A DNA stretch of 64,000 bases. Origin: Haliotis rufescens (lineage: Eukaryota). Shown here in pieces: positions 37,800-51,049 of this stretch; the stretch's first letter is position 1, and each line of letters begins with the position of its first letter. Where the stretch lies: the NCBI RefSeq assembly GCF_023055435.1, contig NW_025963879.1, positions 13,392,001 through 13,456,000 of the forward strand, in the 5' to 3' direction. Position numbers and translations under genes: made by a program. Below the pieces are notes generated by a model. That model saw nothing but the letters and a program-made list of their open reading frames with translations. It was not told where the DNA came from and did no database searches.

Positions 37800-38043
37800 C
37801 ACGATCCGGACTAATGCTAATTTATAGTGCTGGTTCACTGAGATACCATGCCGCAGCTTAACATTAATACCAGACTCAGACACAGTATAACAGTCCTTGT
37901 TTTAGTCCCTTTATGCCGAGCGCCAGACAGGGTAACAACAAGTACCATCTTTAAACGTCTTTTGGTATGACGAGGCCGGGGATCGGACCCCGGACCTTCC
38001 GCTCTCCGGGAGGACGCTCTACCACTAGACCACAGAGGCGGTC
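37800..38043 (-). mobile_element. tRNA-derived SINE family 2 (Meta/MESC-like core)
   Basis: gaccgcctc..TGGTCTAGTGG...GGTYCGATCC followed by cataccaaaagac...ccctgtctggcgctcggca. Copies at 49187-49547 and about 57814-57950; 3' fragment at about 31868-32005. Confidence 0.8.
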
Positions 38044-38829
38044 CAAATCAAGCTGTTTTATGACTTAGTGTGTATGAAGTTGCTACATATCTCCCGTACA
38101 ATTCGTGTAAGGAACATCAAATGGTCGGTCTGTAATGGTCAAAACTGCAATTTCCATCTACATTTCACAAATTGAAGGGGGCACGTGTAGCCAATACGTC
38201 TAAGGCGCCACAATTCGCTGTGTAGAGGTGCGCCAGACACCTATGGTCGTGGATTCGAATCCTACATATCACTTTACATTGTATGTTCTAAGTTGTCAGC
38301 ACCATACCCGTGCTCGTGAGTGACACAACAGTAGTTAACGTCAGAGACCAGCAGCACTTCCGGATGAAGCTGACACAGTGTCATATTACTGAAATACTAT
38401 ACAAAACTACCAATTGGCTCGAGTTTAGTCTCTCTATAACTCTAAAGTTTGATCACCAAACTAATGTTATGATGAGTTGAATCCAACTATGACTATGATG
38501 AACAGAAGGAGAAGCGTTAATATCCTACATATATATATTTACCTGTGTCATGGGCTGTGATGTTTTAACCTGGCGAAAGCTCTAAGCGTGAGCATACTGT
38601 ACATTTTGGCAACATTACCATACGCGAGCAATGTGACACCAGGATCCTCACTAAACAGGATATAAGCACCTGCATATATATATCTTCCTCTTTCATAGTA
38701 ATAAATAATGCGCATGATATAGTTGATGTGAATTCAGCGTGTCTGTTTTATCATACAAGGAATGTCTGACAGTGTATTGCACCGCTGGGGCCTGTTGGCA
38801 TGCATCACTACCATCACCACCACTACTAT

Positions 38830-39230
38830 CTGGTGACGGGCGGCAGTGCTGGGACATGGAACCGTGCGGCAATTCTGAGACGTTGTCGCATGCGTCACTA
38901 GTGGGACATGGTGACGTTCGTCAATGCTGGGACCTGGAGACGTGCGTCAGTCATGGGACATGGTGACTTGCGTCAATGCTGGGACCTGGTGACGTGCGTA
39001 AATGCTGGGACCTGGTGACGTGCGTCAGTGCTGGGACCTTGTGACGTGCGTCAATGCTGGGACCTGGTGGCATGCGTCAATGCTGGGACCTGGTGACGTG
39101 CGTCAATGCTGGGCGGTGGTGACGTGCGTCACTGCTGGGACTTGGTGACGTGCGTCAGTCCTGGAACGTGGTGACGTGCGTCAATGCTGGGACCAGGTGG
39201 CATGCGTCATTCCTGGGACATGGTGACATG
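38830..39230. repeat. 26-bp GC-rich minisatellite, about 15 units
   Basis: Unit gctgggacctggtgacgtgcgtcaat. Confidence 0.93.
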
Positions 39231-39739
39231 GCCACTGCCAAATCAAACGCGAAATGTCTTCGTCGTTTTCACAAAACTAAAATAAACGTAACAATGTGCC
39301 ATTTTAGATTAAATTCACCTACCTTTTGTATAGAACTTAGAGCTACATTGTATTTTATCTTATCAAAATCAGTTAAAAATGTTTCAAATGTTAACTTTCA
39401 AGATTTTAAATCCCAAACTTGCTCGTGTACATCCCTTACCCTTTCTTAAAACGACCAAGAATTATCTCACCGATAACTTCCCACAATAACCAAATACCTC
39501 AGACAATATCTATTAAAATCATCCCTCATTAATGTCACCCAACTAACCCTAACTTGCCAGAATTTTTACAAAGTAGACAAAAGAAGTTGTTATCCACAAA
39601 CGTTGCCTTTACAGTATTAAAGAAGTTGTTATACATAAATTGTGTCGACTTTGTCATCCGTCACCTTCTAAGTAATGCCTATCAAACAAATAATATTTTT
39701 ACAGATCAAACTTAACATATAATTTACCATCAACTATCA

Positions 39740-42140
39740 CGCGACCACGAAAAATACCACAACCATGAAATATACCATAGCCATGTGCTGGATCTTAACC
39801 ATGTAGTATATCCTAACAATGTAGTATACCATAACCATGTAGTTTATCCTAACAATGTAGTATACCATGACCATGTAGTATATCATAACCATGTAGTATG
39901 TCATAACCATGTAGTATACCATGACCATGTAGTATACCATAACCATGTAGTATATCCTAACAACGTAGTATACCATAACCATGTCGTATATCCTAACAAT
40001 GTAGTATACCATGACCATGTAGTATATCATAACCATGTAGTATGTCATAACCATGTAGTATACCATGACCATGTAGTATACCATAACCATGTAGTATATC
40101 CTAACAACGTAGTATACCATAACATTGTCGTATATCCTAACAATGTAGTATACCATGACCATGTAGTATAGCATAACCATGTAGTATGTCATAACCATGA
40201 AGTATACCATGAACATGTAGTATATCCAAACAATGTAAAATATCATAACCATGTAGTATACCATGACCATTAAGTATATCCTAACAATGTAGTATACCAT
40301 AACCATGTAGTATACCATGACCATGTAGTATACCATAACCATGTAGTATACCATAACCATGTAGTATATCCTTACAATGTAGTATACGATAACCATGCAG
40401 TATACTATAACCATGTAGTATACGATAACCATGCAGTATACCATAACCATGTAGTATACCATAACCATGTAGTATACCATAACCATGTAGTATACCATAA
40501 CCATGTTGTATACCATAACCATGTAGTATGTCATAACCATGTAGTATACCATATCCATGTAGCATATCATAACCATGTAGTATACCATAACCATGTAGTA
40601 TACCATAATCATGTAGTATGTCATAACCATGTAGTATACCATAACCATGTAGTATGCCATAACCATGTAGTATACCATAACCATGTAGTATACCATAACC
40701 ATGTAGTATGTCATAACAATGTAGTATACCATAACCATGTAGTATACCATGACCATGTAGTATGTCATAACCATGTAGTATACCATAACCATGTTGTATA
40801 CCATAACCATGTAGTATGTCATGACCATGTAGTATATCATAACCATGTAGTATACCATAACCATGTAGTATATCATAACCATGTAGCATATCATAACCAT
40901 GTAGTATACCATACCCATGTAGTATACCATAACCATGTAGTATACCATAACCATGTAGTATGTCATAACCATGTAGTATACCATAACCATGTAGTATACC
41001 ATAAGTATGTAGTATACCATAAGCATGTAGTATGTCATAGCCATGTAGTACACCATAACCATGTAGTATATCATAACCATGTAGTATACCATAACCATGT
41101 AGTATACAATGACCATGTAGTTTAACCTTACAATGTAGTATATCGTAACCATGTAGTATACCATAACAATGTAGTATACCATAACCATGTAGTATACCAT
41201 AACCATGTAGTATACCATGACCATGTAGTATACCATAACCATGTCGTATGTCATAACCATGTAGTATACCATAACCATGTAGTATACCATGACCATGTAG
41301 TATGTCATAACCATGTAGTATACCATAACCATGTAGTATACCATAAGTATGTAGTATACCATAAGCATGTAGTATGTCATAGCCATGTAGTACACCATAA
41401 CCATGTATATCATAACCATGTAGTATACCATAACCATGAAGTATACCATAACCATGTAGTATACCATGAACATGTAGTTTAACCTTACAATGTAGTATAC
41501 CATAACCATGTAGTATACCATAACCATGTAGTATACCATAACCATGTGGTATACCATAACCATGTAGTATACCATGACCATGTAGTTTAACCTTACAATT
41601 TAGTATATCGTAACAATGTAGTATACCATAACAATGTAGTATGCTATAACCATGTAGTATGCCATAACCATGTAGTATGTCATAACCATGTAGTATACCA
41701 TAACCATGTAGTATACCATAACCATGTAGTATACCATGACCATGCAGTTTCACCTTACAATGTAGTATACCATAACCATGTAGTATACCATAACCATGTA
41801 GTATACCATAACCATGTAGTATACCATAACCATGTAGTATACCATGACCATGTAGTTTAACCTTACAATGTAGTATATCGTAACCATGTAGTATACCATA
41901 ACAATGTAGTATGCTATAACCATGTAGTATGCCATAACCATGTAGTATACCATAACCATGTAGTATACCATAACCATAAAGCATATTATAGGTATGTAGT
42001 ATACCATAACCATGTAATATGTCATAACCATAAAGCATATTATAAGTATGTAGTATACCATAACCATGTAGTATGGCATAACTATGTAGTATATCCTAAC
42101 AATGTAGTATATCATAACCATAAAGCATATTGTAAGTATG
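39740..42140. repeat. 18-bp minisatellite array 2, about 130 units
   Basis: Unit gtagtataccataaccat, same orientation as array 1. Confidence 0.97.
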
Positions 42141-42594
42141 TAGTGTCACATTGTTACAATCGATCTCACACTCACACCATGTGTATGTATGTATTCGATG
42201 GTGCAAGGTACTTGGGTTAAATCTGATGAGTGAGTTTTGGTTTATGCCGCTTTCAGCATTAAATCACCAATGACATCCAAATCCAACATGAAACGAATGT
42301 GGGTAACCGATGTACCCGAATGAAGCAACTGGGCGAACCCACCTTCCGTGCTAATCATACATAAAACTCGTGAACGAAAATGTTTCTTTAATGAAAACAT
42401 TAAAAAACAATTTATCAAATACTAACTGTTCATTTCTATTATTCAGCAAATATAATAATTTTTGAATTCCCACTAATGATCCTTGGTTCGTTGAAAGTAG
42501 CCCGTAAACCAACAAAAGAGACAACACAGAGAGAGCATAAGCGTGTACTTATAGTCTCAGTCATTTTCAGTATATGAAAGTACAAACAGTGGAA

Positions 42595-44628
42595 TCAAAA
42601 ATCAGTGATATGGTCAGCTGACCTTGTTTCCTTTTCAATATACTGGCAAAGATCATATTGTTCTGGTAGGTTGGTGTTGACGTGATCAAAAGAGTCACTT
42701 GCACTGGTCTGTTTATTGTTGATGTCAGAGCATTCGTTTTTTGCAGCGATTGATTTCTTTTTCGGTTTACTTTTGTCGGTTAACGAATACACGATTCTAT
42801 CCCAAAAAAGTTTGTCAGAGATGTGAATGTACGTCCATGTCTGCATACAACGCCGAAAGTCCGCGTCAAGATCATTCACGGGGATGTCCTCAAGGAGGAC
42901 CAGAATCAGATGTTTCTTCTTCTCAATGAGACTCTGGTGGAAGGCGGTGCGGAACTCCATCAAACACCACTCGCTCTCCAGAAACTTCCTAGACAACACC
43001 AGGATAGTGTGTCTGCTTGCCTCAACGCTCTGACAAATGTTGTCAGCTATAGCGGCGCCAACTGCAAAGTCTCGCTGATGAAGACATAACCGGAAGTTAT
43101 TTCCGTCAGGGGAACCACTCTCTAGTCGAGGGAGGAGAGTTTTCACAACCCATGTGGTGTCATGGTGACTGTAGGCCACAAAAGCGTCGTATGTCTTATT
43201 GCTTGAGTTTTCAATCGGTTGACATGGAAGAAGAATATTGAAACGCGTGAAAGCAAGAATGGTTATCTCCTTCCTATATCTTGTCGTTACAATAATAGTG
43301 ATTATCAAAATTATTACGATTACACACAGGACTGATATCTGAGCGACATAGGCAGTCGTATCCGTTGAACACAACAACTCTTTTGAAAGGCCTCTGATCG
43401 CTTTTCCTCGAAACCTTTGAGGGGTAACACATTTCAAGTCCCAAAGATAGCTGTAGTTCATGTTTATATTCTCACCTTGATCTTTTTTTATACTCTTCTG
43501 GAGGTAGTCACTAAAGTTTGCCATAGCACAATCACATCTAAAAGGATTGTTTCTTATGTCAATTACTGCGCCTTTTGTTTTTGAAAAAGAATTTATTTCT
43601 TGGATGCCTATAGTGCGAATGTTATTATACCTGAGGTTTATTAGACCAGTACCTTGAGAAATAAGACTCATATCTCTCAAGTCAAAACGAGAGATATTAT
43701 TATGAGAGAGGTCCAAAGTTTGCAGCTTCTCAAAGCGGAGTCTCCATGTTTCCAAAATTGAAGGATAAACTTGTAATTCTGTGTCTGAGAAGTTTAGTGT
43801 TCTGAGCTGGGGAAATAGAGAGTTGATGAATGTAGAATATATTAAGGCAACCGCCGTATCAGTCCTTTGGCTCAAATCATAAACCTTCATATTTCTATAG
43901 CGACATACATGTTCAAGACTGTTGATATCCCGCGTCGTTTGTACAAACTCGTCAGTTACGGAGTCCTCTTGCTTTGGAAAGAATCCCTCTGGATATATAA
44001 AATCTGTCGTGGTGTTCCTGTAGATGAATACCTCTAAGGACATCGGTCCACACTCCAAGGCAGGAGGGAGACTCTTCAGGTCGACAGACAACATATCCAT
44101 AACGTTAAACTGTTCAGTCACACCATATCCTTCAAACACCCTCAGGGAGTCAGGGATATCCAGCACTTCCGGTCGGTTGAAGTCTGAGAAGTAGCACGTG
44201 TTGATGCAATTCCTGATCTTCAGAGTATCCAGATGTCTGGCTCGGTACGGCCAGGGGAGACAGGCACTGGCTCCAGTTTCACACATTACATCCAGAGACA
44301 CAAGGGTGTCATTATCCAATATGGCTGACCAGTTCCGGAAGTGATTTAGATCCCATACATCATCTACTGTCACCGTACACGAAATGGATACAAAAGAGGA
44401 GTTTAGATGCGAGTCCTGCCTACACGTTGTCTCCCACTCAGTGGGGAGGTGTCGGCTTGTTCCCAATATAGACACATGTGAGACATTAGTTGTCGAATCA
44501 CCAATCGACATGGCATATGATAGTTTAAAGACACTTAGAATTGCCAAATTGAATATTATGAGGATTAAACGGGACGACATCCCTGTGCCAGACAAGAGAG
44601 CTTGAAAATTGAACAGTTTCTCCATCAT
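42595..44628 (-). CDS. TLR-cluster gene C: Toll-like receptor with short ectodomain (677 aa, or 661 aa from ATG 44580)
   Basis: Signal peptide, Cys-rich N block, LRRs, LRRCT NPFRCDC, TM and complete TIR. Acceptor ttttcag|atatc at 44757. Confidence 0.95.
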   Translation of the reverse strand: MMEKLFNFQALLSGTGMSSRLILIIFNLAILSVFKLSYAMSIGDSTTNVSHVSILGTSRHLPTEWETTCRQDSHLNSSFVSISCTVTVDDVWDLNHFRNWSAILDNDTLVSLDVMCETGASACLPWPYRARHLDTLKIRNCINTCYFSDFNRPEVLDIPDSLRVFEGYGVTEQFNVMDMLSVDLKSLPPALECGPMSLEVFIYRNTTTDFIYPEGFFPKQEDSVTDEFVQTTRDINSLEHVCRYRNMKVYDLSQRTDTAVALIYSTFINSLFPQLRTLNFSDTELQVYPSILETWRLRFEKLQTLDLSHNNISRFDLRDMSLISQGTGLINLRYNNIRTIGIQEINSFSKTKGAVIDIRNNPFRCDCAMANFSDYLQKSIKKDQGENINMNYSYLWDLKCVTPQRFRGKAIRGLSKELLCSTDTTAYVAQISVLCVIVIILIITIIVTTRYRKEITILAFTRFNILLPCQPIENSSNKTYDAFVAYSHHDTTWVVKTLLPRLESGSPDGNNFRLCLHQRDFAVGAAIADNICQSVEASRHTILVLSRKFLESEWCLMEFRTAFHQSLIEKKKHLILVLLEDIPVNDLDADFRRCMQTWTYIHISDKLFWDRIVYSLTDKSKPKKKSIAAKNECSDINNKQTSASDSFDHVNTNLPEQYDLCQYIEKETRSADHITDF

Positions 44629-44952
44629 ATCATTCCTGCTTCATCACTTGGCCGTTCGATCGATGACACAACCTCTGGTTTGTGACAGTCGGTAACAAAA
44701 AGTCACGTGGGTGGTTTACAATTCGTCAGGAAAACATCCATCTTGGCAGATGATATCTGAAAACAAACAAAGACTAGTTAATAATACGTGTGATGAGTGA
44801 ATGTTGTTTAACTCCGTATAAGAGATAACGTGGGATGGTGCTCATAATTTTAATCACTGGTTTGGATGGCATAGACTTAATTTTTTATAGGCCGTCGTCA
44901 AATAGCTGTAATATTGTAATTCTGAATTAGGTTTTGGATTTTATCCCAAAAA

Positions 44953-45185
44953 TTTAATTGTCCACCAAATTTACTGAACCTACTGTTGACAAAAATGCCT
45001 GCCACAAAATTTACATTGTCACGAGGTGTTGTTTATAAAATCAAAATCCAGGCTCATAATTTTAAATTGTTTTAATTGTCCACCAAATTTACTGAACCTA
45101 CTGTTGACAAAAATGCCTGCCACAAAATTAACATTGTCACGAGGTGTTGTTTATAAAATCAAAATCCAGACTCATAATTTTAAAT
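44953..45185. repeat. 118-bp direct tandem duplication in the 5' intron of gene C
   Basis: tttaattgtccaccaaattt... at 44953 and 45071. Confidence 0.93.
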
Positions 45186-46364
45186 ATAAATAATATCTGA
45201 TTTTGAAGCTGTAGCTGACAAAATAACTTATCTCGATTCAAAATCCCAAACAGTAAGAGAAATACCTCGTCTACATACTCGCTGGTCCGCTGACGTAATG
45301 CACTCGAAATACACTTTTCATTCGCGGTGATGGATTGTGCAATTCTTTGTTATGTGCATCAATCAAAGGTTCAGTTTCCATACACCTATATCATGTATTC
45401 AAAGATATCTCTTCTTTCCTTTGTTTAATTAGAAATTATTAAACAGTGAGGTCTTTCATATATATTTTCGTTCTCACATTACATATTTAGTATCTTCTGT
45501 TTTGTAAGTGAATAGTAATATTTGTAAGCAGAATATGTCCAGGATGAAGACATACTACTCAAAAGAGGTTGAGGACCACCAGATTCTTTCATATCACTAG
45601 AGTTAATGTGGCATGCTATGACAGGGTAACTATATCTGTATGAAAGAACAAAGCGGTCCGTTTTTGAGTAGTACTACGACATCTACAAAGCATGTGTAAA
45701 GTGCACATTAAGTGAACAAACAGGATACGTTAAGAGAAGAAGTGACAGGTCGCGTAACGCACCGCGGCGGTTATGATTAATGTCACAAGATTGTTCTAAG
45801 AAATTGAAGTTCATGGAAACGCATGTTTTTTTTTGTTATCTTGTTTTTTTTAAATAGAGTCAATTATTCAAGTGAGTGAGTGAGTGAGTGAGTTTGGTTT
45901 TACGCCGCTTTTAGCAATATTCCAGCAATATCACGGCGGGGGACACCAGAAATGGGCTTCACACATTGTACCCATGTCGGGAATGATAAATACAATGTGT
46001 ATGGTGTTGTCGGTATACACGTGTGACATTGTTTATGTTTATGTTTATTCTGCTTTATGGGGACTTACACTATTATAACCCAGATTATTTGCGAGCAGCC
46101 TGCGAGGAGTGATAAACCCTGGGGCCGGTCACATAATGTGTTGATGAGCCAGAATCGATAAGTACGCCTCGGGTTCAAGATTAAACACACGGTTAGCCTG
46201 CATGGTGACAGTTGATAGCTGGTAGGCGGTAATCCTTTCTTTACTCACCAGTGTTTTTGTGGCATCAACTCAAACTATGGTTCCAACTAAATGATTGCAG
46301 TTGTAGGTAACATAATTACCGGTACCTGACATCCAATAATAACATTGTCGTGTACAACATACGG

Positions 46365-49125
46365 CAGTGTGGACACTTGACTACCAATACAACATTGTGG
46401 ACACCTGACTCCCAGTACAACATTGTGGACACCTGACTCCCAGTACAACATTGTGGACACCTGACTCCCAGTGCAACATTGATGACACCTGACTCCCAGT
46501 ACAACATTGAGGACACCTGACTCCCAGTACAACATTGATGACACCTGACTCCCAGTACAACATTGTGGACACCTGACTCCCAGTACAACATTGTGGACAC
46601 CTGACTCCCAGTACAACATTGTGGACACCTGACTCCCAGTACAACATTGATGACACCTGACTCCCAGTACAACATTGTGGACACCTGACTCCCAGTACAA
46701 CATTGTGGACACCTGACTCCCAGTGCAACATTGATGACACCTGACTCCCAGTACAACATTGATGACACCTGACTACCAATACAACATTGTGGACACCTGA
46801 CTTTCAGTACAACATTGTGGACACCTGACTCCCAGTACAACATTGTGGACACCTGACTCCCAGTGCAACATTGATGACACCTGACTCCCAGTACAACATT
46901 GAGGACACCTGACTCCCAGTACAACATTGATGACACCTGACTCCCAGTACAACACTGAGGACACCTGACTCCCAGTACAACATTGATGACACCTGACTCC
47001 CAGTACAACATTGATGACACCTGACTCCCAGTACAACATTGAGGACACCTGACTCCCAGTACAACATTGATGACGCCTGACTCCCAGTACAACATTGATG
47101 ACACCTGACTCCCAGTACAACATTGATGACACCTGACTCCCAGTACAACATTATCATCATCTGACTCCAAATACAACATTGAGGACATCTGACTCCCAGT
47201 ACAACATTGATGACACCTGACTCCCAGTACAACATTGATGACACCTGACTCCCAGTACAACATTGATGACGCCTGACCCTCAGTACAACATTGATGACAC
47301 CTGACTCCCAGTACAACATCGAGGACACCTGACTCCCAGTACAACATTGTGGACACCTGACTCCCAGTACAACATTGATGACACATGACTCCCAGTACAA
47401 CATTGATGACACCTGACTCCCAGTACAACATTGATGACACCTCACTCCCAGTACACCATTGTGAACACCTCACTCCCAGTACAACATTGTAGACACCTCA
47501 CTACCAGTCCGCCATTAATAACATCTGCCTCCAAATACAAGATTGTGGACACCTGACTCCCAGTCCGCCATTATCATCATCTGACTCCAAATACAAGATT
47601 GTGAACACGTGACTCCCAGTACAACATTGTGGACACTTGACTCCGAGTCCGCCATTATCAACATCTGACTCCCAGTACAACATCGTGGACACTTGACTCC
47701 CAGTCCGCCATTATTAACATCTGACTCCAAGTACAACGTCGTGGACACTTGAATCCCAGTCCGCCATTATTAACATCTGACTCCCAGAACATCAGTGTGG
47801 ACACCTCTGACACCTGCCTCTGAACACAGTATGGACATATGATTCTGAATAAAGTAATGTAGACACTTGACACCCAGTACAGCATCGTGGACACTTGACA
47901 CCCAGTACAATTACCGTAGACACTTGACACCCAGTACAATTACCGTAGACACTTGACATCCAGCACAATTACCGTAGACACTTGACACCCAGTAAAATTA
48001 CCGTGGACACTTGACACCCAGTACAATTACCGTGGACACTTGACACCCAGTACAGCATCGTGGACACTTGACACCCAGTACAATTACCGTGGACACTTGA
48101 CACCCGGTACAATTACCGTGGACACTTGACACCCAGTACAGCATCGTGGACACTTGACATCCAGTACAATTACCGTGGACACTTGACACCCAGTACAAAA
48201 TCGTGGACACTTGACACCCAGTACAGCATCGTTGACACTTGACACCCAGTACAGCATCATGGACACTTGACACCCAGTACAGCATCGTGGACACTTGACA
48301 CCCAGTACAGAATCGTGGACACTTGACACCCAGTACAATTACCGTAGACACTTGACACCCAGTACAATTACCGTGGACACTTGACACCCAGTACAATTAC
48401 CGTAGACACTTGACATCCAGTACAATTACCGTAGACACTTGACACCCAGTACAATTACCGTAGACACTTGACATCCAGTACAATTACCGTAGACACTTGA
48501 CACCCAGTACAATTACCGTAGACACTTGACATCCAGTACAATTACCGTAGACACTTGACACCCAGTAAAATTACCGTGGACACTTGACACCCAGTACAAT
48601 TACCGTGGACACTTGACACCCAGTACAGCATCGTGGACACTTGACACCCAGTACAATTACCGTGGACACTTGACACCCAGTACAATAACCGTGGACACTT
48701 GACACCCAGTACAGCATCGTGGACACTTGACACCCAGTACAATTACCGTGGACACTTGACACCCAGTACAATTATCGTGGACACTTGACACCCAGTACAG
48801 CATCGTGGACACTTGACACCCAGTACAGCATCGTGGACACTTGACACCCAGTACAGCATCATGGACACTTGACACCCAGTACAGCATCGTGGACACTTGA
48901 CACCCAGTACAGCATCGTGGACACTTGACACCCAGTACAGTTACCGTAGACACTTGACACCCAGTACAATTACCGTAGACACTAGACACCCAGTACAATT
49001 ACCGTAGACACTTGACATCCAGTACAATTACCGTGGACACTTGACACCCAGTAAAATTACCGTGGACACTTGACACCCAGTACAATTACCGTAGACACTT
49101 GACACCCAGTACAATTATCGTGGAT
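46365..49125. repeat. 28/29-bp minisatellite with three subtype domains
   Basis: acacctgactcccagtacaacattgtgg (46.4-47.5 kb), a transitional block, then acacttgacacccagtacaattaccgtgg / ...cagcatcgtgg (47.86-49.12 kb). Confidence 0.97.
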
Positions 49126-49186
49126 TCGTCATTCCTCCTAAAGCCGCTGCCACCTCGAAGGTCCATGTCCTGGTTCTACTGCGTAA

Positions 49187-49547
49187 GACCGCCTCCATGG
49201 TCTTGTGGTAGAGCGTCCGCCCGGAGAGCGGAAGGTCCGGGGTTCGATCCCCGGTCGCGTCATACCAAAAGACGTTAAAATATGATACTGGTTGTTACCC
49301 TGTCTGGCACCCGGCATTATAAGGGGGATAAAACAAGGACTGGTCGGCTCGGAGTCAGTATACTCCGGCATGGTATCTCAATGAGCTAGCTCTATAAATC
49401 GGCTTCAGTCCAGACTAGTACACCCAGTACAGCATCGTGGACATTTGACACCCAGTACTTGACACGCACACGCACACGTGCATGCACGGCGCTATATAAG
49501 TGCAATAATCTTGGACGCGACGTTAAACCACATTTCACCTCACCTCA
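49187..49547 (+). mobile_element. SINE family 2, full length with TSD
   Basis: A and B boxes; 12-bp TSD tctactgcgtaa at 49175 and 49548. Confidence 0.9.
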
Positions 49548-50447
49548 TCTACTGCGTAATGCCAACAACGTATGTTTACTGTTCCCCAGGAAGTCAGCGA
49601 AGAAATGAGAACCAACACTATTGTCATGATGCTGGTTAATAGTGAATGCTTTTGTTTTTTGTTAAATAAAATATCGTAAATACAGGATATTGTGGACGAA
49701 AGGCATTGAAAACCACAAACATGACTGAATATGACGATCTCGGCGGATGTTTCCTACTGCAAGTTTAACACAGTGTTGATATGTCAAATTACCTATAATA
49801 TCACAACATCTCAATACTTCAAAACTTCAAGCCGTAGAACAGTAAACATACTTGATTAAACTACCGTGGCGTTATAGATCCTCAGTAAATGTATTTGTTA
49901 AAATTAAAATGCTGCATATTTGTAAAAATCTGTAATAACATTAATAACAGTATCGTGTTGATCACTTTCCAGCACAAACTAAATTTTAACATGCACGAGG
50001 GTCACAGGGAATGAGTCCCGCTGTGGTTATAAGCGCACAACGTGTTCGGAATATTAAAAAGATCTTTACATAGGTAATGAGACATGCGTGTCAACAATTA
50101 ATGAGCACGTTATTAAAAACTCACTGGCTCGCGACCGAGGGACAAACACTGGCTTCACAGAACACTTTCGTCTGTGTCCTCGCTGGCGCACTCCATCTCC
50201 TCCTCCGAGGAAGCTATTCACGACGTGAGATATAGGTCACAGCCACAAGTGTTGACGCGGTTCATGGAAAGGGGAGTCATTTGTTGGCCGCTCCCGATTG
50301 AACAAAGGGGGAGACTTGTTGCTGGGTCACACGTACCGGTGACTGGGTACTCCCAGCGTATTTTTGTAATTGTGTAATTCTTACCTATCTAAAAACAACG
50401 TAGTTGATCTTACTATTTATTATGTACTGTTAGGTGTCATGAATATT

Positions 50448-51049
50448 AAAGTGTGTTTATTCATGTATGGGAGGCCATAGGCCCATGTACATTTCAGTTA
50501 TATATAGTAATATACAATTATACAATTGAGACAATTTACATTGCAAACAATCTTAAGGGTATAATATTAGGACTTGGTACGTAATAATAGGGCTTCCTTC
50601 ACATACTTAGCTACATTTCTGAGTATACAGTCATTTTTGCTATTTAAGAGATTACTAAAAGTCTTAATACATGGATTGTTATAGAATCTTACAGGAATAT
50701 ACTTTTGTCTTATTGTTGCGTAAAACGGGCAGACAAACACAAAATGGACTTCGTCCTCAATACAACCATTGTTACATAGCCTACAAAAGCGTTGTGAAGA
50801 ATCAATATCCTCTCTTCTGCCCAGATTACTCCGTATAGGCAATTCACTTAATCGCAACAGGCACATCATACGTCTATGGTCTCTATTTCTGAAAGCTGTA
50901 ACATAATATTCCATATCCAATAATATCTTGACGTGTGAATAATACCTTAATTTACGAGACTCATAAATTTTCATCTGTATACTCTGTTTGTTGCAATCCA
51001 ACAAACGTTGTCTAAATAGCTGCAAGAAACACTTAACATCACCAATATT
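50448..51049 (-). mobile_element. 5'-truncated LINE 3' end flanked by a 110-bp direct repeat
   Basis: ORF with R.CRLCNNGCIEDEVHFVFVCPFYATIR, the same motif class as the element at 1-1221. Flanks 50338-50447 and 51050-51159 differ by 1 base. Confidence 0.88.

Noticed and set aside
39737-42121. 585-614-aa ORFs of (HGYGIL)n and (MVMVYY)n resembling Gly/Tyr/His-rich structural proteins
   Set aside because: They are a by-product of an 18-bp unit that lacks stops in two frames. There is no signal peptide or unique terminus, both frames are open, and the sister array is disrupted by a Tc1.
46287-48998. Long Cys-rich repeat ORFs and a superficially CRISPR-like 28-bp periodicity
   Set aside because: Head-to-tail satellite with no unique spacers and no cas genes, in eukaryotic context.
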